Shown: positions 49,057 through 62,889, counted from the whole stretch's first letter. The stretch is DNA of 63,765 nucleotides, filler included, from Parasitella parasitica NRRL 2501 (GCA_025201805.1; 12 parts of 12 records of this genome joined end to end with filler, not necessarily neighbours in it), one strand, 5' to 3'. Notes: generated by a model from the letters alone, not told the origin. Made by a program: numbers and translations.

Positions 49057-50791
49057 TTAGCTGCTTACTTTAAACATTACGTATTAAAAGACTAAGTAAA
49101 TCTCGAAAACGACTATCATTTGCTGACAAATGGCCAATCATTTTCTTGGTAGCGCCATTTATTTTTAGATAACCGACGTTTATTTTTCGGAAATCGCCAT
49201 TTATTTTTTTAGAGCGGACAAAATTTACGAGCATTAAATTGACAAAATTCGATCACGTGATTACTTAAAATTTACAATTTCTTATACGTATTTAAGTTTA
49301 TAAAATCTGATACTCTGCGGTGCGGGTTTGTGAAATTTATAGCGATATGTTGGGAAGATCTTGCAGTGAACAGATCAATGCCGAGACTAATTAGACTGTT
49401 TTGCTGCTGTTTATGCGTTTATTATGTCGAATAACTAGGATGGTATGGTATCTCAGCGATAGAATAGCAAATTAGTATATATTGCAGTAAATTTGAAAGA
49501 TTTACGAAATAAAAAAAAAATAAAAATAAAAGCGTTATGAAATTACAATTATAATCAAGTTTGGGGTTCTTTATTATAAAAGTATGCTGAGGTTTTATCT
49601 AGAGAAAAACATCTTAGTATTTATAGGATTTGAATTGTTGTATATCAGTTCTCATGAATGAAGCATTGATCCTAGAGTCAATGCGTTAATTTGTCGTTGT
49701 TTAATTTTAGGTTCTAAGGAGAAGCAAATTATGCTGAATGCTTTCACCTTTGATGAAGATTTGCGTAACATTGGTTGGCCGTGTTAGGATGACTATCGTC
49801 ATACTTTAGTTATTCTGTTAAAGATATCCTTATCTAGAATGATGGGAAAAACTCATTGAATGACGAGCTGCCATAATTGATATCTTTGTCATTGTTATTC
49901 TTATTCTGAATGTCTATTGTGTAAGGGAAAGCACTTTTTGATCAGGAGTGTTTTCCTTCACACGACATTCATTGATAAGGTCTTAAATTGTATTTGTAAT
50001 TCGGTTTGATTTATATGACTTAATATGTTATGCGAACTCGAATGGCACGAATTGACTATGCGTGACATTTGAGTCTTATTTTTTTTTAGATACTTGCTTT
50101 TAGTTATACCATTCCATTGCATATATGACAGAATTTTAAACGTAAGAAAGTTCGATTTATTTCAAATATGAAGCATAATTCCATATATATATATCTAAGA
50201 TGAGACGTTCCTAGAATTCAACATCAGGTTCAGGAACGTAGCTTCAATTGGCTCAGACTCTGATCACGTGCGGATAATCAGTCAATACCATCAAAAAAAA
50301 TTTACATCTCCGACAAATCAAAAACGCGCGGTTGGTTAGGCGAAAATTTATGTTTATTGAATACAATGATATACAAAGTAAAATAAAAGGCTATAATGCA
50401 TGCGATCTTTTGATCATTGTTGCTAGCCAAGAGTTGCGACATACAAAAAAGAGGTAAAAAAAAACAGTTGCAGATCAAGTTTTGATTTCGATGTAGGAAC
50501 ATGAAACATGTCCTAAAACAGAAAAAGGGTCTATACTTGAAAAGCAGCTGTCAAAAAAATATAATGTATAGACAAGAAAAGGGGGGAAAACAGATGAGAA
50601 GGAAGGGAGTTCAAGAAGATGTGGTGTATGAGCTGTGCAATTGAGGAGACCTCGACAGACATACAGCAGCACAAACAAAATGAAATCACACNNNNNNNNN
50701 NNNNNNNNNNNNNNNNNNNNNNNNNNNNNNNNNNNTTAATTAATTAANNNNNNNNNNNNNNNNNNNNNNNNNNNNNNNNNNNNNNNNNNNN

Positions 50792-52201
50792 GGCTGCTGG
50801 TGATTCTGGTTTGGCTCCTCGGCGTCAGTGGAAGCTCTCGAAATTGACGAAAGAGCAGCCTTTGGGCTTGCTCCGTGAATCCTTTCGATCTTCAGTGGCT
50901 CCTTTGGTGGATACTCTCTCTGGTTTGGTGTCTGGCTCCCTTGGTGTTCGTCCTGATATTGATGCACTCAACGATTCTTTGAATCAATGTTTGTACCAAT
51001 GTCTGGATAACTCAATAGGTGTGAAGTCTGGTCGTCCTGCACACTGGAAGAAGTACTGGACTAATGAAATTCAAGATGCTGCAAGTGAACGTGATCGTCG
51101 CTATAGTCGATGGCGGTATGCCCTTGGGTATACTAAAATTGAGTGTTGGTTACTGTATAAGCAAGCCCACCAACGGTTTCGCTCTCTGGTCCAAGCTGCT
51201 AAGCGGCGATCATGGCGCAAGTTCTGTGATACGCTGGAGAGAGACTTCTCTAAAGCTACTGCTGCTATCAAACGTATCAAGCGTAACAAAGAGTCCACTG
51301 CCACGTATAGTCACCCTGATGGTCCTGCTGCTTCTGTCGCTACGATGGGGTCTCATCTTGCTTCGGTGTACAATGGTTCTCTACTTAGTACTGCTGATCG
51401 TCCTGCTGCTCCACCTGGTTTTGACTCTGAGTTGCCTTTCTGTCTACCTGCAGACATGTCCATGTTTGATACTGATACCTTGGTGTCGTGTATTAAACGT
51501 CTGCCAACACACAAAGCTCCTGGTCCTGACCACATCAAGGCTGAGATGTTAAAGGCTTTAGTATCCGAGATTGCTCCTGTTCTGTCTTTGCTATTCTCTC
51601 TCTGCTACCAATGGTCATACACTCCTGCTCTCTGGCGACAGGCGCAAGTGTTTCCAATCTTCAAGAAGGGTGATGCTTCGGATCCTGGCAATTATCGACC
51701 AATTTCGCTCACTTCGGTGGTGCGTAAGTTGTTTGAGTTCTGTCTCATGCCCGCTCTGGATGAACACTCTCCTGCTCTGGATATTGCTCAAGGTGGTTTC
51801 CGACCCCAGCGTAGTCCTCTGGATCAAGCCCTCTGCTTGCATGACTTGATGCATGATTACTTTCTGACTCATCGGCGCTATCCTGTGGTGGCTTTCTTGG
51901 ACATCAAGTCAGCGTATGATACTGTCGATCGTCGTGTGATCTGGTCTGCTTTAGCTGGTTCTACTCTTCCTCGTGCTGTCTTGGGGCTGTTGATCAACAT
52001 GTTTGATGATGTGTCTGTCTCTGTTCTGATTGCCAATCATACCTCTGCTGCTTTCTCTCCTGTCACGGGTGTACTACAAGACTCAGTGCTCAGTCCTCAT
52101 CTGTACTCGTTGTATATCAACTCTTTACCGAGTCTCTTGCGGTCTGCTGCTACTGGTGCTACTATAGTCACTCCTCCTGGTACTAGTGGTCCTATTGCCA
52201 T
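50792..52201 (+). mobile_element. Non-LTR retrotransposon (LINE) ORF2 reverse-transcriptase fragment, gap-bounded
   Basis: KAPGPDHI, NYRPISLTS..KLFE, QGGFR, FLDIKSAYDTV, GVLQDSVLSP (QG changed to QD). Confidence 0.93.
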
Positions 52202-52312
52202 NNNNNNNNNNNNNNNNNNNNNNNNNNNNNNNNNNNNNNNNNNNNTTAATTAATTAANNNNNNNNNNNNNNNNNNNNNNNNNNNNNNNNNNNNNNNNNNN
52301 NTACCTGTTACT

Positions 52313-55300
52313 ATGTCTACTCAATCTTTTGATATGGATATTGATCGTGAAAAACGACCAACTGCTTTGGAAACAAGGGAGGAAGATCTTTCGTTCGAAG
52401 ATGCTCTCCAGCAACTTCGAGTGGAGGTCAGGTCTTTGGCTGTTAGGGTTGCAAAAAGCTCTATGGACAAAACAATTTCTCGGGATGTAACCGATTCGTT
52501 AGTGGTATCTTTGAAGCAGAAACAATCTGATTTGGATACTTTGGAAGAAATTGCTTCTAAGGTTTCTGGTGAAAGATTGAATAGCTCTGATGCTGCTGAA
52601 CATCATCCTATTAATTTTAGTGGGTCTGTTGTGCCTAGTGGTTTACCACTTTTCCAATGGACAGGGTTTGTCAGAGATGAGAAACGCGAAGTCTTTGCTG
52701 ATGTGGAAGAATGTCTTCGACGATTTGAAGACGTCTTGAGTAGCCATACTCTTGACTTCAACCAACATTGGTATCGACTTCTCCCACGCTGTTTGAGCAA
52801 CGATCTTCGAGATTGGTTGAACGAATACTTGAATGCATCTGGTACTACTACGGTATATTGGAACGCTCTCAAGTCGGCTATTATTGGTCGATATGGTGCA
52901 CCCAAGGAACAACTTAGATTCGAAAGAATCAGAGAGTTCTTGAATTGTGCTAAAAACGACACTGAATCTGTCGATAGCTTTCTTGAGCGCTTCAAGAATT
53001 TGAAAGCCAAGTCGGGTATCAAGGATAAGTACGTCGTGGCCAAGGTCTTCTTTGATGCTTTTTCAGAGTCGACCTCTAGGCTAATCATGGTGGCGATGAG
53101 TCAAGCTCAAGAATCGTCATTTTATGACATCGATTACGTCTCTGCTGTAGCAAGACGATTGGACATGGCTGAAAAGACGGTGAAGCCAAGCAATGCGACA
53201 GCTGGAAGCAAACGCAGTGCTGAGAATATTCCGGTTTCGTATGAAGCAAAGAAATCTCGGTACGCACCTGCTTCTGACTCTCGAGCTGGTACCTCGTTTT
53301 CTTCTTCTTCGTCTGATCGCAACTCAAAGCTTTCAAAGTTTGGCAAAACATTTGCTCAACATGTTGCTGACGGTCTTTGCTTTACGTGCAATCGCACGTA
53401 CAGTAAAGGACATCGCTGTGCTACTGCTGTTCGCACCGTTAGTCCTGGTGATGCAACTAGCAGCAGGAAGGTTTTACGTGCAATGGGTACCAAGAAAAAA
53501 CCCAAAAACACAATTGATGCTGTCGTAAAAGCTGCTTTGCTTTCTGTTCGTGTTGATGAAGCCCTGTCAACTAGGAAAAAGGCTTCTTCGTCCATTGCTG
53601 ACCCCACTCCAACTGTGGAACGTTCGGTGATGAAAGGAAAAAGTGCTGCCGGTGAAGATGTTGTCATGAATGAGATTCATGACACAAATGGTGGTACTTC
53701 TGACGATGAATACGACGCCGAATCTGACTTGACAGAAAGGGCTCAGGCTGTTCTTGTTAATGGCATGTCAAACGTATCTGTTGATGATGTGCTGCAAAAC
53801 ATTTTTGCTCAGCAATGTAAGTTCAATGCTGTATTCAGTGCTCCTCCTGCTATGCGTACCAATTCTATTTGTGTTCCTATTGTGGTTCAGAATATAATTT
53901 GTTTCGGATTGGTAGAACGGGTGCAACTTTTAGTTGCATAACTGACGAGTTCTTTCAATTTCTAGGAGGAACGTCTCTTGCAACATATCAAGAAAACAAC
54001 GATGAAAGTGTTGTTCAGTTGGCTCATGAAGTTACTACTGTTCCAAGAATTGGTGCGGTAGACCTATCAATCAGCTACAACAAATTTAATAAAAACCATT
54101 TGTTTGAAGTATTTTCGTTTCACTCTGAAGAAAACGTGCATGTATTGCTTGGCATGGATATATTATCCAAGCTAGGTATTGGACTTACTGGTTTAGTCAG
54201 TCAACATGGGTTCCAGACGGGTCCTCGTATCCCAGATCCTATCGATGACACCATTAAGCCAAATGAAGATCCTTTTGGTAGTGATGGTGAAAGAGAGCCT
54301 TTTATCGTTGCACTGAAGGAATTGTTAGATGAGAACTCGCAAATTGACATGAAAAATACACAGTGTAATTTGCCTGATTCCATTATAAAGCTCGACACTA
54401 AACCAGGTGCTATTGCTTGGAGAGCACAATACCCATTACCTGAAGCTTATCGAGATGCTGTTGCAAAGCAAATTCAGATATGGCTCGATGAAGGGGTAAT
54501 TGAACGATCTGCTAGTCATACTCGCTTCAATCATCCATTGTTGGTGGTTAAAAAGAAAGACGCAGATGGCAATTACAGTATCTCTAAGCCTCGTGTGGTT
54601 TGCGACGTGCGTAAGTTGAATGCTATCTTGGAGGTGGATGACAAACAACAATTACCATTAATTTCTAATATTCATCAAAGTATTGGAACTAAAATGATCC
54701 ATTCTTGCTTGGATATCCACGCCTGCTTCACTAGTTTTGGCCTCGATGTTCAACAAAGGCACAAGGTCAGCTTTACGTGTCCATTCACAAATGTGCAATA
54801 CACCCATAAAAAGGCTGCATATGGTATTCGCCATGTTGGCTCAGTGGTGGTCCGTACATTACAAACATTGCTCTCGGATTTGAATACAACAACATCTTCA
54901 TCTCCATCATCGTTTCCTACGGATCGCCAATATTCTGCTATATGCTATGTGGACGACATAATTTTGAGCAGCAATGGTTCGTTACAAGACCATTTTGAAT
55001 TGGTGTCTGAGGTGATACGTCGTCTCACAAACGCTAATTTGATGCTTAATCCTGCAAAAGTAGTGTTTGCACAACGTAGTATTTACTTGTTAGGCTGGAG
55101 CGTCATTCAAGGCAAATTATTGCCGGATGGTCGCAAGCTGACTAACATTGCACAATGGCCGGCTATCAAAACTGGTCGTCAGTTGGCATCTTTCTTGGGT
55201 TTAATGTCGTACTTCCGTGCTGCCATTCCATGCTATTCTCGTTTGACTCAGGATCTCGATTCTTTGAAGCATTACGCTGATTTAGCATCTGTATGGAATG

Positions 55301-55406
55301 AGTCTCATGAAAAAGCTGTGACCAACCTGAAGGATGCACTTACCATGGCACTCGTGCTGTCACCTCCTGATTTTTCGGTTCGATTTCACTTGGCTACTGA
55401 TGCTAG
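52313..55406 (+). mobile_element. Ty3/gypsy gag-pol (gag, Zn knuckle, protease, RT, start of RNase H), frameshifted
   Basis: CFTC..GHRC knuckle; GLV[D]TGATFS protease with a 1-nt loss; VLLGMDIL; WLDEGVIERS; PRVVCDVRKLN; YVDD; FHLATDA at the gap. Confidence 0.93.
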
Positions 55407-55506
55407 NNNNNNNNNNNNNNNNNNNNNNNNNNNNNNNNNNNNNNNNNNNNTTAATTAATTAANNNNNNNNNNNNNNNNNNNNNNNNNNNNNNNNNNNNNN
55501 NNNNNN

Positions 55507-57848
55507 AACTGTGGACACTAGATTTTTGTTCAGTTTTTTCGTTTGCGAATTCACAATATCACTCTGCTTTAGCTTGGTGGTTCTTCCCTTAGTCGACACA
55601 ACAAATCTGTTTGCCGATGCAATGTTTTTTTTCTCTACTGCGTCTAGCATAAAAAAAAGAAAGGATGGGTCCTGAGCAAATCTCCTGTCTCTCATCAATA
55701 AGCGGGTTTTTGCATAGCTAGTAATAGTTTCACCCCTTAGCGTTGCAATGGCCACTCCCTCTTTCCTCAGGGATATCGTAAATATTTTGCTCTGCAGATG
55801 TAGCAGCTTCTACTGACGGTCTGAAACTTTGCACCAATGAATAATGTCCAGTGCATGTTGTAAAAAGATGAGGAAAAGTAAGGGCAAGGAGACTTGGGTG
55901 CGAATATTTGATCATTTTTCCGCCATTATCTTGACCTATGATCAAATCTTTGAAGTCAAAATCCGTTGCTTGTGGGTTTGTGTCTTCCATTGCAAAAAGA
56001 GCATGGCTTTTCCAGTCAGCGGCAGCCCCGATGTGCTTTCTATTCTCTAAAACGTGATAATTCACCAATGAGTAAGTGAGCTTGGGTAGCTTGTATCTTG
56101 CCAGAAGAGGATTGACAGCTTGCAGAGCTTTGTAAACATCTTGAACCTTTCTTTTGTTAATATTATCAGGTTCTCCACGCTGAAAAAACAAACTCAATGT
56201 ACCACCATATGCCATTTCTGCAAATTCATAGTTGTGCAATCTATTCATTGAACCAGTCATAACAAAGTGGCCTATTCTTCCACGGGTTAAGGTTGATTTT
56301 CTTGTTATTTGAGAGTACAACTTGATTGGAGACAGGACAGATTTTTCTCGGTAGTTCAAATTGTTGGATCCAGGCACTAAATCACCTATGAAAACTGGAT
56401 AAGCTAATTTGATACTCTCAAAATCAAGTTAGAATATCATTATACCTGGATACGCAAATTGTACAACGCTGGTCTCATCGCACTTCCAATGCGTGGTGCA
56501 AACCATGTAATAGTCCTTGTTTTTCTCTTGTTTTTTTATGGGATCTATCTTCCATTGAATACATGGCAAATCAAGAGGCGAATGGATCTGACGATACTTT
56601 TTCTCCTCGGGGTAAAGTAACTTCATACAAAAGCAGCAATGGCCGTCTGGTTTTTGCATGACGAAGTTTTGAAAATAAAGATTTGATTTGTGCCTTTTCT
56701 CCATTTGTAAAGGATGACAAGTTTCTGTCTTCGACTCGAAATACAAAAAGAGACATAGTATTAATTATTTGATTTAGATAGTAAAACCTTTCAAGTTGAA
56801 TTGAAAGAGACAAAAAAGATACTTAAAAAAAAGCTATTTATAAAGCAAAAGAAGAAAGCTTGATATTTTAATGTTTTGAAATGCACGATAAATTTAACAT
56901 TAACCTTGCATATATATATTAATGATTTATTTCAAAAAAAAAAAATTAACAAGGGCGGTGGTCAACATCTAAAGATTCATCTGAGAACATGATGGGAGCT
57001 CCTCATCCGATTCTTCCTCAGGAACCAGAGAGATCAGATGGGGGGCAAAGGGACGACTGTTGTCCAGTATGTCAACGAAGGAGAGTTCAGAATCTTCCCA
57101 GTCAACTTTTGGTACCTTTTCATTGAGTAGGTACTCAATGTCCCTTCTTCTTTCAACCAATTTGTTACTTTTGCGTCTTTTAGCAAAAGTCTCTTTTACT
57201 GTATGATAATCGGATTACGAGTCTCTCCTTTCTTGATAATCCCCATTTCGCCTATAGAAACTTGTTTAGTAGATGATCGTTAAGCTACTTGACATTTTAA
57301 CTTTACAAAGATTGTCATGCATATCAGAGAAATACTGAGCAAAGGATTCCTTCGTCAGCTTTTCTTGTCGTACCACCTCTTCGTTATCGATGTTTTGCCA
57401 AACAAATTTGTAAAGCATGTAGTTTAACTTGGTGGTATATTTGTTATCGTAATGGTCAGCGACCATTTTGATAGCGTCAGAGGGGATCAAGTTATTATCT
57501 TCGTCTACGCTAGGATAGGGCCTTACACCAGTGACGTTCATCCCCAAGTTAATGAACGCCCGAGTGCTGTCATCATTCATGTACGCATAAGCGTTCATTG
57601 ATCCTAGAGATTGCATGTTACTAAAGGCTCGTCATAGAGCAAAGTGGTTCTGTACCAATAAAATGATGTCTAGTTTTCCTCTTGAAGAACCTTAAGAAGT
57701 AGTACATTAAGGCGTAGTTGGCTACGAAGAGGTTGGGGCGTAAACCCGAATCTTGGGCTTTGGCCTGCAAACTGAGGCTTCTACCCAAAATTCGGAATTT
57801 GACATCTGTAGTGAGTGGTTGGCTGTCTGTTAGTTCTCCGATAAGCAT
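55507..57848 (-). mobile_element. Helentron-type element, copy 2 (accessory ORF + N-terminal half of RepHel), without LTR insertions
   Basis: Highly similar to 17203-19866 minus the solo LTRs; LALTFPHLFTTCTGHY, DRRFAQDPSFLFF; 2-nt deletion near 55758. Confidence 0.88.
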
Positions 57849-58271
57849 ATGATTGTTTAAGTAAAAATGAAAAAGGCCAATTAATTAGAAGCCTTTTATA
57901 CTACTCTAGTTCATGGCTTAACTTTTTCTAGCGCTAAACGCAGGGGATCAAGCATTAGCGACGAAAATCGAGTGTATGTTACTCGGTGTCGGGTAAAGCG
58001 TTGAGATCGTATCGATTGGACTACATGTACCTTTGATTGAGACTCCTGAATTAAACATATTATTATTGAAACCAAGTCTATTTTTATTGTTTAATTAGAA
58101 TTAGACATATTATTATTAGAACCAAGTTCACTACTGCCTAAACTTATTATTATGAGATCCAACTCTACTACNNNNNNNNNNNNNNNNNNNNNNNNNNNNN
58201 NNNNNNNNNNNNNNNTTAATTAATTAANNNNNNNNNNNNNNNNNNNNNNNNNNNNNNNNNNNNNNNNNNNN

Positions 58272-59090
58272 ATTATCTTACTATTATATACTCTCATACT
58301 TGATCGTCTACAATCCAAACGCATGCAATTTGTGTTCATTACTGTTGATATTATACGTTATGCCTCTTTGATTCTGGGTAAAATTGATTTTTTTCCTTAA
58401 AAACAGTAAATATTACACACGTTTTCTAAAACAAGATAACTAACACTCTCATACGCATTCTTTTATAGTACCTATCGCAAAGAAAACAATATACAGAATG
58501 GCGTGTTTCTAGTGAAGTAGTTCATTCAGGTATTATCATTTATTATTATGTTCTTGTAATAGCTTTTTTTACTAATTGAAAAATATTTTTTGCTTTACAT
58601 TTGTAGTTTTGGTTCTCTCTTAATGTCAAGTGGATGGCCTATCATTGAAACTTGACATTAGATCTTTATCCGGGTCATACAGGAGCATGTAGGCTGCTTC
58701 TACTCATCGACTGTGCTTACCCTAGCAGTTCTTGAGATGGGCCATTTTATCCGAAGCTAGGAAGTGCGGTAAGGCATTTTTTGGCTGTTTAGGGGTGGTA
58801 TTCCTTGAAATTCTACCAATTTCTATTTTTGGTCGAATTTCAAGCCCCGCCTAACATCAAATCAGGGGGAAACCCTGTTTTTTTGTTTTTAGGATTTTAG
58901 GGTTGACTTAGCCAAATTAATCCTGATTTTATGAGAAAAACAGAAATGAAAAAAATAAAAAAATAAACAGAATTAAAAATACATAATCATCTTCCCACTT
59001 TATTTGAACATAAACTATGAGCATGCCAAGACTTACATCAGAACGTAGAGCTGTTTTACAACAAACATATAATGCTTTTTGCTTCATTAT
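58272..59090. repeat. Second copy of the repeat at 19982-20814
   Basis: Inverted match; near-identical core 58624-59000. Confidence 0.9.
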
Positions 59091-59181
59091 TTACGTAATT
59101 GCAGCGAAACGCAGTAAAAAAGTGTAAAAAAGCAAGATACGATTAAAATCTTTCTTTATTTTGAAAGTAGATTGAATGTGC

Positions 59182-59394
59182 TGTTATATCAATAACATGG
59201 CAAGGTCTCACATCAGGATCTCAGATCAGTCCCAGGGTCTTACAGTAAATCATGGGCAGTCATGATTTACATTATGCAGCTAGACAGTAGAACCCTAGTG
59301 TAATGAATGTGTATATAATACATCGAGAGATGTATTATATGAATAAAAGTGTAATTCTTTGGCAGATTTATTTTATCAGACTTTTGACATAACA
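59182..59394. mobile_element. Solo LTR family D (inverted relative to 18700-18910)
   Basis: TGTTAT...ATAACA; TSD TGTGC at 59177-59181 and 59395-59399. Confidence 0.9.
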
Positions 59395-62300
59395 TGTGCA
59401 ATAAGCTGTTATTTTACATCTCTATTTATATTATTTGGAAGTCGTCGTCTTACTAGCAGACAATTGTTTCGTTATTTCTTAATCTTTATATGTTGTGTTA
59501 TGAATTCTAATCAGCCGTTTTGGCTTATTAGTAATATACTATCATACCACTTGGGTTGATTAGAGATGGTCATTCATCAGGTCAATAGAATAATTCTACC
59601 GTAGCTATTCTTCTAATCTTACGTGAGTGTGAATATTATTGAGTTATTTATTGACGTTGTTGATCTAACGATGGATCAAAGACGGCATTTGAAACATAAT
59701 TCTTATTCATGCGATTAGGAAGCTTTCATTGTTTGATGAATTGTTCCTTTTCAGGCTTTGATTTGTGGCACAACACGCTCTTTGAAATATGTCAATTTCT
59801 ATCCCTGCTATTTGTGTATCTTTGTAGTCATAGCTTCTATTGTTGGGAAGATGTCATGAACCTGTCGAGCCTTCAAGCCCAAACAATTATACATCTTGAT
59901 CATCTAAAAATATTTATCACCTCGTTCTTCCCTAATCGATCCACATTGTATTCTTGCCTCTCTGATTCACACTGTCATTCTTGCCTTACTCATTCACATT
60001 TTAAACTATTGACTTATTGATCCACGATATCATAATTACCTAATTGATTCACGTTATCGTAAATAGTCTAGTTCATATTTCAGTGAACTAGACAGCTCGC
60101 AAAAAAGTATAAATAGAGGCCATTTTGACCAGCAAAGAAGAGTTTTCTTCGTCAGATCTCCTCATCGAATTCCCTTATTAAAAATCCCTAGCAATCCTCT
60201 TTTTTTTTTCCACCTTTCCCTTATTAAATCTGTCGGTTTTCGCCTATTAATTGAAGGTTGAATCTCATCTCAATTCCAATATTGACATTGACATTCAAAT
60301 GCAATTGTATAAAGACTTTTAGAAACCAGGACCAGAGCAATCCTGGCTTCCTTTTCAATCTTTAATNNNNNNNNNNNNNNNNNNNNNNNNNNNNNNNNNN
60401 NNNNNNNNNNTTAATTAATTAANNNNNNNNNNNNNNNNNNNNNNNNNNNNNNNNNNNNNNNNNNNNCGACAATAACAAATAACCACCTACACTGATTGTG
60501 AAAAGAGATGATACACTAGATCATATATAATACTCGAAAAAAGAAGCAAGGAGGCAGCATCTTGAAAAAAAGTAGCAAGGTTTAACTTCATAACATCTAG
60601 AATCCAGGGCAAAAATGAGCAACAAACCTCTCGTATTATTGTATATGTTCAGATACTGGGCACAAAATTATACCTGTAGCATGCCTAAATAATAGAAGAA
60701 ATCTAATTTCAGTGTATATTAATAAAGCAAAAGAAGCAAGCCAAAAAGTATTCAATACTAGCTTGACATTGACACCCAAACGAAGTAATAATGCAAAAAA
60801 GTGATTCATACAAAGTATTATCTTTAGCTATTGCCTATATTCAGCAGTAAAAGAAGTCAGTCATTTAGTTGCTACAAACAATTTAATGCACATAGCAATA
60901 CCATGATCTCATATGAAAGATTAAACTAAGCAGCGCCTCTATATATTATAGACAAAAGGATTAGTAGTAGTTTGTTATTAGAATAAACTCGAATACATAC
61001 CATGATAATAGCAAAACACAAAATATGTTGCGTATCATTTCTTCACACAAAGCTATACTGCAAGCTGTTCCTTAATGAAAGAGAAGCTACAATTTCTTAT
61101 GATGAAACTACAGATACGTGAAGATGTTATTACTCTGCATAATGTACTTATATTTGGCACAAATGTGCTAATATTGTGTGTTTTTTAAGTTAAAATACCA
61201 GTTCATAAGTTGTAAAAAGATAGATAAAACAAAAGAAAAAGACCAAGGAGAGCTAACAAAGAAGCTAAAATATGCATTCGGTCATCACAATACGCAATGT
61301 TTTGGGCGGCTAAGCATGCAGAAAGAAGCCAATGGAAAAACACCGCTACAAGAGGTCATCTCAACAATTGAAAGCAACCATGTAAAAACAAAATATATAC
61401 TTTATTCAAGTATATTGCTACTGGTGCTAGCATTATTACCACCAGCGTCTTCTTCAACATCTTGAACAACACTTTGGTTAACAGTAGGTACTTTTTCTTC
61501 ACTTTTTGCTCTCAAATGAACATTTGTATGGTCGTGAGAAGACCATAAATAAACTTTTACTCAAAAAAGAAAAGCGATCTTTGGAATGCAATGTCATAAC
61601 GAATATTTGGTAGCAAATGTTACTACAAGCACAAAAAAACCGAAATGTCTCAGAAATAATATTGTATAATTAAAAATGAGCTATCTCAACTTTTTTTATA
61701 AACGCACAACATTCTGGGGCAAAATCATTTATGTTCTCACAAGCACATAAATGCTCCCATGACCCTAATAATGTTCCCTTTTGAGCACATTTGTGTTCAC
61801 CGAGAACATCCAGGATGCCATAGTGTCAAACCAATTGACAATGATACCACGGTGTATTTTCTATTCGTTCATCAACAGTGACAACATACTATCAGATTAA
61901 TCTATTGGTTATTACAGCTACCATCTCAGTTGTAGTAAATAATTGAAGATATAAATACCCTGTATTTATATCATAATAAACGATACTTCTTTTATTGTTG
62001 GGATACAGTTGAAAGCTGTGAATTATTACAAGTCTCTTTTTATTGTATTGAAATATTTGAAATATACATCAGCGTTGCTGACTGTCGAGAAAATACGTTT
62101 TTTGTTAAAGTGAAAGTGTTTCTACCAGGATAGGGTGGCAAAAAGTGATGAAAAAACTGATACATGCGTATTTTTTCTGCTGTCAACTTACGATATACTA
62201 TTTCTCAAAAAGGCAAATCATTTTCACGTGATGTTTATGAAGAGTCAAGTAATACGTATTTTTAAATGGTGTTTTGAATGCATGTTTATTCTGGAGTCTC

Positions 62301-62889
62301 AAGTGTTCTGAGGTGAAGGTCAATCTAAATTTAGCCTCTTATTTTGGATTATATAATTGTTGCTGATGGCTAAATGTTGAAGTTCATGGTTACATTTTGA
62401 TCTGGGGCATTTATTTTTACTTTGAAATGGAGATTTGACAGTTCGATTTGACAGTTTATGATAGTTTGAGATTTAGAAAGTAGACATGTAGATGTAGATA
62501 GACATTATTGTTGTATTCATATAAAGGCTACATATGTCATATCTAACTTAGTCATAATGCACGGATCATGATATTNNNNNNNNNNNNNNNNNNNNNNNNN
62601 NNNNNNNNNNNNNNNNNNNTTAATTAATTAANNNNNNNNNNNNNNNNNNNNNNNNNNNNNNNNNNNNNNNNNNNNGTGTAGCCCTTGCTGTATAACCTCA
62701 TATCGTACCCTGTCAAGTAGATTGTCACTGTGAATTAGTTTTGTCAATTAGTAATCTAAATAAGTCACCATAAATTTATGTAGTTGTAAAAAGTATAAAT
62801 AGCAGATGCAATTTCGATCTTAAATAAAGTATCTTTAGGTTTTCGTATCTCCTTAACATTTGGTTTTTATTATCTTTTTAACCTAACAG

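Noticed and set aside
60467-61600. Hydrophobic minus-strand reading resembling a membrane-protein pseudogene
   Set aside because: Many stops and no diagnostic motif; T-rich DNA gives hydrophobic translations by chance.
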